64,000 bases of DNA from Octopus sinensis (lineage: Eukaryota). The stretch is taken from positions 55,676,001 to 55,740,000 of the forward strand of contig NC_043005.1 in the NCBI RefSeq assembly GCF_006345805.1, read 5' to 3'. A program made the position numbers and the translations under genes. The stretch's first letter is position 1. Each line of letters opens with the position of its first letter. Below are positions 55,547 to 64,000 of this stretch, one piece after another. Below the pieces are notes generated by a model, which had not been told where the DNA came from, made no database searches, and was given only the letters and a program-made list of their open reading frames with translations.

Positions 55547-55705
55547 GGCCATAGAGTGACCAATGGTTTTGCATCCATAAAAACTGCAGCCTTGTGGACA
55601 GCTCATTAGACTCCATAGAAAGACAAGAGGTGAAGAGTTAAACTTCTTTGTATAGAGTCTGATGAGCTTCCACAAGGCTGCGACTTGCATGGATGCAAAA
55701 GCATC
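55547..55705. ncRNA. Fold-back element with two inverted, mutated hammerhead folds
   Basis: Minus 55620-55547: CUAUGGAGU-CUAAUGA-GC..GC-AAA-ACCAUUGGU-C-ACUCUAUGG (G5A, G12A). Plus 55651-55705: intact CUGAUGA and stem II, G12A, 3' part lost. Confidence 0.72.
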
Positions 55706-55756
55706 TATCATATTTGAACTTTAAGTAAATTAATATATATATATAGAGAGAGAGAG

Positions 55757-56000
55757 ATAAATGAAAGAATGGAGTTGAACGACGATTTAACAAAATTCCT
55801 TTATTCTCGACACATGTTTTGAAGACTGCATATTCTTAATTCCGAAGGAATAAAGGGTGCATTATGCCGTCTTCTCATCAGGAAAGACAAGGAACTTATG
55901 TCAGCATCATGACGAACAAAAACTTTTAGATGACTGCCAACATGTGTCGAGAATAAAGGAATTTTGTTAAATCGTCGTTCAACTCCATTCTTTCGTTTAT
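55757..56000 (-). ncRNA. Fold-back element (55-bp perfect TIRs) containing a type I hammerhead fold with a single G12A change
   Basis: TIRs 55764-55818 and 55939-55993; minus 55895-55795: stem I with a 3x3 internal loop, CUGAUGA, GAAGAC/GUCUUC stem II base, AAAAC-AUGU-GUC. Confidence 0.78.
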
Positions 56001-56229
56001 CTATAGGAAAAAAAACACACAAATTTCCACACGATAGCACGTGATTTCTGCCCTTGGCATGTAGCTTCAACCGTGCTTTCTGACGTAAATTTGCTACCCG
56101 GGTATCGGTTAACCGAATTATCCATACTAGGTTAATTCATTCAACTACTTAAACATTTATAAATATATATAGGAGAATCGTTAGCTAGTTTGGCACAATG
56201 CTAAGTGGGTTTTCATTCATCTTGCCCAC

Positions 56230-56330
56230 GGGCATATGGCGTAGGGGTTAAGAGCGCAGGCTACTAACCCCAAGATTCCAAGTTCGATTCCAAGCTGTGA
56301 CCTGAATAACAACAACAATAATAATAAACA
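56230..56330 (+). mobile_element. Short tRNA-like SINE with (AAC/AAT)n tail
   Basis: A box TGGCGTAGGGG, B box GTTCGATTCC, anticodon-loop-like CTACTAA; acceptor stem imperfect; simple-repeat tail. Confidence 0.65.
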
Positions 56331-56399
56331 GGGTGCATCAGCATGGCCGCAGCTCTCAGCTGAAACTACAGCAAAAAAGAAAAAAATATATATAGGAGC

Positions 56400-56716
56400 A
56401 CTCTATTAGTTACAAAAACAGGGTCCCAGCTGATACGATCAATGGAATTACTAGCTCGTGAAATTAAGGTGCAAGTGACTGAGCACTCCACAAACATGTG
56501 TATCCTTAATGTAGTTCTCAGGGATATTCAGCATGATACAAAGTGACACATGGTCAGCCCTTGAAATACAGGTCCTACTCATTTTTGCCAACTGAGTGGA
56601 CTGAAGTCACATGAAATAAAGAGACTTGCTCAAGGAGGGAACATGCTCCCAGGATTCGAACTCATGACCTGCCGATCATAAACCAAATCCCCGAACCATT
56701 AAGCCACGCGCCTTCA
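56400..56716 (-). mobile_element. SINE family D, near full length
   Basis: Head TGAAGGCGCGTGGCTTAATGG..GAGTTCGAATCC; body shared with 43740-43920 and 60530-60740. Confidence 0.85.
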
Positions 56717-56752
56717 TATATATATATATATATACATATAATATACACACAC

Positions 56753-56796
<44 letters not shown>

Positions 56797-56797
56797 T

Positions 56798-56866
<69 letters not shown>

Positions 56867-57039
56867 CATATATATATATCATCATCATCATCATCATCAT
56901 CGTTTAGCGTCCGTTTTCCATGCTAGCATGGGTTGGACGGGTCAACTGGGGTCTGTGAAGCTGGAAGGCTTCGTCAGGCCCAGTCAGATCTGGCAGTGTT
57001 TCTACGGCTGGATGCCCTTCCTAACGCCAACCACTCCGC

Positions 57040-57665
57040 GAGTGTAGTGGGTGTTTTTTACGTGCCACCTGCACAGGTGCCAGACAGAGCTGGGCACAAC
57101 GGCCACGACACGACGGATGGTGCTTTTACGTGCCACCGACACGGGGCCAGACAGAGCTGGCAAACGGCCACGAACGGATGGTGCTTTTACGTGTCACCGG
57201 CACGGGGGCCAGCCGAGGCTGGCAACGGACGCGAACAGATGGTGCTTTTACGTGCCACCGACACGGTTGCCAGACAGAGCTGGCAAACGGCCACGAGCGG
57301 ACGGTGCTTTTACGTGTCACCGGCACGGGGCCAGGCGAGGCTGGCAACGGACACGGACGGATGGTGCTTTTACGTGCCACCGACACGGGGCCAGACAGAG
57401 CTGGCAAACGGCCACGAACGGATGGTGCTTTTACGTGCCACCGACACGGGGCCAGACAGAGCTGGCCAACGGCCACGAACGGACGGTGCTTTTACGTGTC
57501 ACCGGCACGGGGCCAGGCGAGGCTGGCAACGAACACGAACGGATGGTGCTTTTACGTGCCACCGACACGGGGCCAGGCAGAGCTGGCAAACGGCCATGAG
57601 CGAATGGTGCTTTTACGTATCACCGGCACGGGTGCCAGACGAGGCTGACAGCGGACACGAACAGA
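57040..57665. repeat. ~61-bp GC-rich tandem array (about 10 units) in the RTE 3' UTR
   Basis: Unit marker ATGGTGCTTTTACGTG(C/T)CACC repeats at about 61-bp spacing. Confidence 0.95.
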
Positions 57666-57715
57666 TGGGTCACTTAACCCCTGCTTTCTGATATATGATT
57701 TGATTTTGATTGTTC

Positions 57716-60251
57716 TCACTGGTCTTGCCGGGTCTTCTCACGCACAGCATACTTCCATAGGTCTCGGTCTCTGGTCATTTCCTTGGTGAGACCTAGAGTT
57801 CGAAGGTCGTGCTTCACCACCTCGACCCAGGTTTTCCTGGGTCTACCTCTTCCACAGGTCCCCTCAACTGCCAGGGTATGGCACTTTTTCACACACCTAT
57901 CTTCATCCATTCTCACCACATGACCATACCAGCGCAATCGTCTCTCTTGCACACAACATCTGATTCCTCTTAGGTCCAACTTTTCTCTCAAGGTACTTAC
58001 ACTCTGTCGACTATGAACACTGACATTACACATCCAACGGAGCATACTAGCTTCATTTCTCGAGCTTACGCATGTCCTCAGCAGTCACGGCCCATGTTTC
58101 ACTGCCATGTAGCATGGTTGTTCGTACACATGCATCATACAGTCTGCCTTTTACTCTGAGCGAGAGGCCTTTAGTCACCAAAAGAGGTAAGAGCTCCCTA
58201 AACTTTGCCCAGGCTATTCTTACTCTAGCCGTTACACTTTCAGCACCCCCACCCCCACTACTGACTTGGTCACCAAGATAACGGAAGCTATCAACCACTT
58301 CTAGTTTTTTCCCCTGGAAAGTGACGGAAGTTGTTTTCTGCAGATTTTCAGAGGTTAATGCTCCCGAGCATCTGCCACATACAAAAACCATCTTCCTAGT
58401 TAGCCTTCCTATGACATTGCTGCACCTCTTATGTGTCCATAGCTTACACTTGGTGCATCTTATAGAGTTTCTACCTACACCTTTTCTACAGATCGAGCAG
58501 GGCCATCTACCTGAAGGCGTTTGTGATTTGTCTACCTTCCTACTTATTACGACTTTGGTTTTAGCTAGGTTGACTCTAAGGCCCTTCGATTCTAAACCAT
58601 GCTTCCACACCTGAAACTTCTTCTCCAGTTCTGATAATGACTCAGCAATTAGAGCAAGGTCATCAGCATAGAGGAGCTCCCAGGGGCATCCTGTCTCGAA
58701 TTCCTCCGTTATTGCCTGGAGGACTATGATAAATAGGAGGGGGCTGAGGACTGAGCCTTGGTGGACCCCTACCTCTACCCGGAATTCTTCACTGTACTCA
58801 TTTCCAACCCTCACCTTACTAGCAGCGTCCCTGTACATGGCTTGCACAGCTCTCACTAACCATTCTTCTATTCCTAGTTTCCTCATTGACCACCATATGA
58901 GGGATCGGGGGACCTGTCGAAGGCTTTCTCCATGTCAACAAAAGCCAGGTACAGGGCCTTATCTTTGGCTAGGTATTTCTCCTGCAGCTGCCTTACCAGG
59001 AATATAGCATCAGTGGTACTTTTCCCTGGCACGAAACCAAACTGCATCTCATCTAAACTAACTCTCTCTCTAATTAGTTGGCTTATGACCCTCTCTGTAA
59101 CCTTCATCACCTGATCCAACAGCTTGATACCTCTGTAATTATTTGTATCTAGGGCATCACCTTTACCTTTGTAGCAGTTGACTATTATGCTGCTACACCA
59201 GTCATTGGGTATGACTCCTTCATGTATCACCTGATTAACTATACAGGTGACTAGGCTATAGCCGACACTACCAGATATTTTGAGCATCTCTGCAGTGATA
59301 CCTGATGGGCCTGGGGCTTTCCCTGTCTTCATGCTTCTAATTGCCTTAGCTACTAAGGAACTATCAACCCTGATAGCTGGTCCCTCTGTTGGGTCAACGT
59401 TCGGCAGACTCTCTTTATCCCATTCATTTTCTTTATTCAGCAACCTTTCATAGTGGCATCTCCAAGCCTCTCTCTTTGCATCCTCGTTTAGCGCAAGTGA
59501 ACCATCTTCCATGCGAACACACTTCTCTCCCACCACATCACAATTCTCTCTCACACACTGTCTTGCAACGCGAAACACCTCCAGTCTTTGGTCCTCACGG
59601 CGCAGAACATTGGCAAATTTTTTCTTATCTGCTTCCCCTCTGGCTAGATAGACCTGTCTCCTAGCTTCCCTTTTAGCAGTCTGATACAATTCCCTGCTAC
59701 CACCATTCTTCCAGTGCTTCCAAGTCTGTCTCTTTTCTCTAATAGCCCTGTCTACGACACTGTTCCACCACCACGTTACCTTGGGACGAGAGGGGACTTT
59801 GCACCAGCCACAGATCTGGTCAGTGGCTCTCAGCAGGTTGTCCCTTAGAAACGTCCAGTTGTCCTCTACCCCATGTGATACACTATCCCCTTCTACTTCG
59901 TCAAAGGCTTCAAGTAACATGTCTCTAAATCTCTGTCCATTCACAGGATCCTTAAGCTTCCAGATCCTTCTTCTCCATGTTGGTCGTCTTCTGGTTGTCC
60001 TCCTACTCCTGATCCTAAAGTCACTAACTACCAGTCTATGTTGTGGGGTGCATTCTTCGCCTGGGAAGGTTTTGGCATTTATAAGTAGCCATCTCTCCCT
60101 TTGCCTGGCAAGGATGTAGTCAATTTGGCTGGTATGTTGGCCCGATCGGTAGGTGACTAGGTGGCTGGTAGGTTTCCTGAAGTTAGTGTTGCAAATCATA
60201 AGATTATTTGCATCGCAGAACTCCAGCAGCCTGGTTCCCTCCTCGTTGCGG

Positions 60252-60253
<2 letters not shown>
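57716..60253 (-). pseudogene. RTE endonuclease/reverse-transcriptase ORF, 5'-truncated, split by two frameshifts
   Basis: ORF pieces 58883-60334 (start is microsatellite), 58053-58886 and 57716-58045 join into one protein with no internal stops. Confidence 0.93.
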
Positions 60254-60290
<37 letters not shown>

Positions 60291-60414
60291 TATATACATA
60301 TACATATATATGCATGTTGTCTCATTTTTAGCAAATTAAAAATGTATTGCCAAACTTTAAAAAAAGATCAGAAATCATTGGTAGAAACTGTTAACGTTGA
60401 GCAAATTTCTTATA

Positions 60415-61070
60415 GGCATAGTTGTGGTTGTGTGGCAAGAAGCTGGCTTCTCAACCACATAGTTCCAGGTTCAGTCCCACTGCTTGGCACCTTAGAGGTA
60501 GAGGCTACCTTTTCAAGTCATGCTGACTCATAAGTGATGGTTTTTTTGGTGTGTAAATTTCCCACCCAGATGGGATGCCGGTCTGTTGCAGGATTACTCA
60601 TTTTTGCCAGCTGAGTGAATCGAAGCAGTGGGAAATTAAGTATTTTGCTCAAGAACACAATACATCACCCAGCCAAGGAATCAAAACCACAATCTTACGA
60701 TCATGAGCTCAATACTCTAACCATTAAGCCACAAGCCTCAACAGGCAAGTGTCTTCTACTATAGCCCCAGGCCAGCCAAAGCTTTGTGAGTAGATTGGAT
60801 AGTCGGAAACTGAAAGAAGCCCATCATATATATTTGTGTGTGTGTGTGAGAATGTGTTTGTGTCTGTTTTTGTCCCCCAACCAACATTTAACAACCAGTG
60901 CTGGTGTGTTTACAATCTTGTAAGCTAGCAGTTCAGCAAAAGAGACTGATAGAATAAGTATGAGGCATAAAAAAATTAAAATTAGTACTGGAGTTGATTC
61001 ACTCAATTAAAAATTATTCAAGGCAGTACCCCAGCATGGCCACAGTTTAATGACTGAAACAAGTAGAAAA
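60415..61070 (+). mobile_element. SINE family A interrupted at 60497-60742 by a family D-related insert
   Basis: The GCACCTT|..|GGCAAGTG split lies inside the CORE-like motif. Confidence 0.82.
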
Positions 61071-62139
61071 GTTTTTTTTAAAAATGGATAAATTCTATAA
61101 CATAATCAGAATGTATTTACTCAGAAGATGGTTCCTGGGAGAAACTCATAAATTTTTAAGGGATAGAAGTTGATTGAATTGACACAATATAGTGTACTGT
61201 ATTTCACACTGGTGATATACCAGTAATATATACAGGTAGGTGGAAACTAGCTATGGACTGCTGAAGAAATCTTCAGATGAACAACTTCTGACAAACAAAA
61301 AGATTCAGCCCATTAGTTCCTGACATTACTAAGGGAACTAGATTCACCTATTGCCATAACACCTAGCTATCCTCCTGCTGTATTTGAAACTCCACCTATA
61401 GTGGGGATTGAACTAGGAATATTCGGGTAATTTTAGTTCCCTGGACTGTGATGTGTATCACTTGGCCACAAAGACCATCGGAAGAACTTGCACAGTGGAT
61501 CTATTTCAAACTGGGTTTCTCTCCTTTCATGTTTAACACTTTTGCAGTATTCTTTTCAGCTCCAGCTATTGTTTCTCTTCGCTTATTGCTGCATGGCTCT
61601 TCTCAGCTATATATTATCTGTTTTACGAAAGTTATATACCCGTTATACGGATATATATATTTTAGCGATTCTGGCAGAGTGAAAGATAAACTCATCATCA
61701 GCTGGATTCGAACTCTGAATATAACTATTTAGCTAAGCGCTTATTATCTAGTGCTCTATTGATTCAAGTATGCACTCTTACAGAATATGATATCGGTTTT
61801 TATTGAACATACTAAGCCAACAAATAACAAAAGTTTCTTCACTGACTTTCAAATAAGATGATGTAAGGTACATAACTCTACACAAAAACTTTACAAAGTT
61901 ACTTCCCTTGGAATAAACTTTTCTTAGAAACACGAATTTTTCTGGGAACTTAAGCCTCAGAAGTAACGACACATTTGTCATTTCTCTACTCGATGGCTTA
62001 TAATTCTGCTTTCTAAAGAGCATAATCAATTTAACAAAGCGATAAATGGTGGGAAGTCAAATATAGCAATCAATCACGTCAGCTATTCTCTCCGAAACTG
62101 TCGGATAAAAATTGTTACAACTTTCGCTTTAACTAGCAA

Positions 62140-62533
62140 CTAGCAGTATCGCCCGGCGTTGCTCGGATTTGTTTCGACCCTTTAGAATTGGAATTTTTGA
62201 AAGGTAAAAATTCTGCATTATGTAGCTTGTTATTCTCTTTAGGTGAACATTTTTCTGGTTGAAATACACCGAAAAATGGCGACACAGCAGTCAAAAAACC
62301 GAAAAAAAAAAAAACAGGGATTTTCATAGAAAAAAAGTACTTTTTGATGTAAATAATTTTTGGTGTTAACATGGTCCGATTTGAATTTTTTCTTCTACGG
62401 AATGAAGAGCAAGCCTTCTTCTATCATACTCTCAATTTTGGTCAACTTGCGCTGCAAAGTCTCAGAGTAGATAGTGTTAGTTAAAGGCTACCAAACCTAC
62501 CATACACAGACAACTTCAGCTTTATATACAGAG
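62140..62533 (-). mobile_element. Non-autonomous Helitron, same family as 18711-19101
   Basis: Colinear with the first copy; hairpin CCGAGCAACGCCGGG and CTAG end. Confidence 0.88.
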
Positions 62534-62659
62534 GGATTCAAATTTTGGGTTAAGAAGTCCTATGAGAAACGTACGTGCGCACGCGAGGACCGTCCCGAGT
62601 GTAATACAAGAGTGAGCGTAACTTTTTAAGTATCTGATATACGTTTAAATTACATGTTG

Positions 62660-62830
62660 TTACACAAGGATGCTACGAATGGTCTTACATGCAAAATGGC
62701 TGTAACATATGACAAATGAAAGCCTTTATGGAGACCTGCTTAAAGTTAGGGAGAAAATCAGGCAAAGACGGCTGTGATTATCTGGTCAACGCGTGTGCTG
62801 CCCTGAACTGGAAGCATCCAAATTAGTTTT
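62660..62830 (+). pseudogene. Non-LTR retrotransposon ORF2 C-terminal remnant (RTE-related)
   Basis: TRMLRMVLHAKWL*HMTNESLYGDLLKVREKIRQRRL*LSGQ..PELEASKLVY. Confidence 0.75.
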
Positions 62831-62994
62831 ATTGAATATACTTTAAGGTGGTTTAACAGGAGGAAAACATCGTCACACATACATCAACAATTTCATTGCT
62901 GACACTGTGATATTGACCCGAGAAATGTAATGGTTGGATTTTGTTGCTGTGACCCAGGTTGGAACCTGGCAATAATAATAATGATATACTATTA

Positions 62995-63410
62995 GACGTA
63001 GGAGTGGCTGTGTGGTAAGTAGCTTGCTTACCAACCACATGGTTCCGGGTTCAGTCCCACTGCATGGCATCTTGGGCAAGTGTCTTCTACTAAAGCCTCG
63101 GGCTGACCAAAGCCTTGTGAGTGGATTTGGTAGATGGAAACTGAAAGAAGCCCGCCCGTGGTATATATGTATATATGTATGTGCGTGTTTGTGTGTCTGT
63201 GTTTGTTCCCCCCAACATCGCTTGACAACAAATGCTGGTGTGTTTATGTCCCCGTAGCTCAGCGGTTCGGAAAAAGAGACTAACAGAAAAGTACGAGGCT
63301 TACAAAGAATAAGTCCCGGGGTCGATTTGTTTGACTAAAGGCAGTGCTCCAGCATGACCACAGTCAAATGACTGAAACAAGTAAAAGAGAAAAGAGTTAA
63401 AGAGAGTATA
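62995..63410 (+). mobile_element. SINE family A, full-length well-preserved copy
   Basis: tRNA-like head, CORE-like segment, TA/TG spacer and tail ending GAAACAAGTAAAAGAG. Confidence 0.92.
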
Positions 63411-63439
63411 TGTTATCTTTTATGTTTTTATCATCAATA

Positions 63440-63590
63440 TGGGAATTTGTGTATGCCGAACACTGTGATCTGGTTGCTCACTCCTATGGTGGCATGCAAC
63501 ATCTAATGGGGCTCCTTCTCAACAACGTACAATAAGCTCCCAAAAGACAGTCATAATACATCAACTTGCACCAAGTAAAGCCTATTCCAA
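63440..63590 (+). pseudogene. RTE/BovB RT remnant
   Basis: EFVYAEHCDLVAHSYGGMQHLMGSFS corresponds to ELLYADDCALVAHS..DMQ.LMD.FS. Confidence 0.65.
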
Positions 63591-64000
63591 GCCAAACATC
63601 TACATATGTAGACAGAAGTTATGGGTTATATATAAATTCATCTACTTGGGCAGAATATCTTGATGAAATCAGAATTATCTTGATGAAATCTCTCTCCGAA
63701 TCCAGAAGACCAGTGATGCATTTGGAATATTAGATAGACATTTATGATCATGGCATGGAATTTTAATTGAGACAAAGTTGAAAGACTACAATATGTATGG
63801 TTTGTTTTTATTGCGATACACATGTGAGATCTGGGTTACTTATTAGAAAAACGGGTGTAATGATTTCAACATTATCTCTGCTGTATACTGAGTATCCAAT
63901 AACAAAGGTAAGTGATGCTGAGGTCCTCAAGCGCAGCCACTATATACTAAGATAGCATCTCTAGTACTTCAGCACCAATTATGATGCAGTGGTCATGTGG

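Larger units (their letters stand above)
56878..60253 (-). mobile_element. Young 5'-truncated RTE-clade LINE inserted in (TA)n
   Basis: Endonuclease C-terminus (SQIDYIL..QHRLVV), RT (NYRGIKLL, FVDMEKAFD, QGSVLSPLLF, YADD, FRYLG), GRGRPRKTW C-terminus, 3' UTR array and (ATG)n tail; (TA)n on both flanks. Confidence 0.97.

Noticed and set aside
57040-57665. Regular repeats resembling a CRISPR array; 172-252 aa repetitive ORFs
   Set aside because: The spacers are homologous to each other, the context is a eukaryotic LINE 3' UTR, and there are no cas genes. The ORFs are by-products of GC-rich repeats.

Overview
This 64-kb window is AT-rich, repeat-saturated animal genomic DNA. The SINE, LINE and microsatellite landscape resembles what I recall of octopus genomes; I could not verify the species. 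No host protein-coding gene can be supported. Almost all ORFs in the track are translated microsatellites, and the real coding signal comes from transposons: a young 5'-truncated RTE LINE (56878-60253, minus; PHD-type finger after the RT motifs, 61-bp VNTR in the 3' UTR), older RTE and CR1-like remnants, an R4/Dong-like endonuclease remnant in (TAA)n, two mariners, a Tigger/pogo derivative, a hAT remnant, a Gypsy RNase H remnant, non-autonomous Helitrons, piggyBac-like MITEs and several tRNA-derived SINE families. The main finding is a set of hammerhead-ribozyme folds in short non-coding elements. One has a fully intact type I core (38746-38828, minus). A cluster of fold-back elements at 55.3-56.0 kb carries ribozyme folds whose catalytic G12 has been changed by CpG-type transitions. 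The window also has a ~2-kb interrupted palindrome (13.3-15.3 kb), several smaller fold-backs, and a ~2.85-kb tandem duplication that looks like an assembly artefact. All structures and alignments were read by eye.
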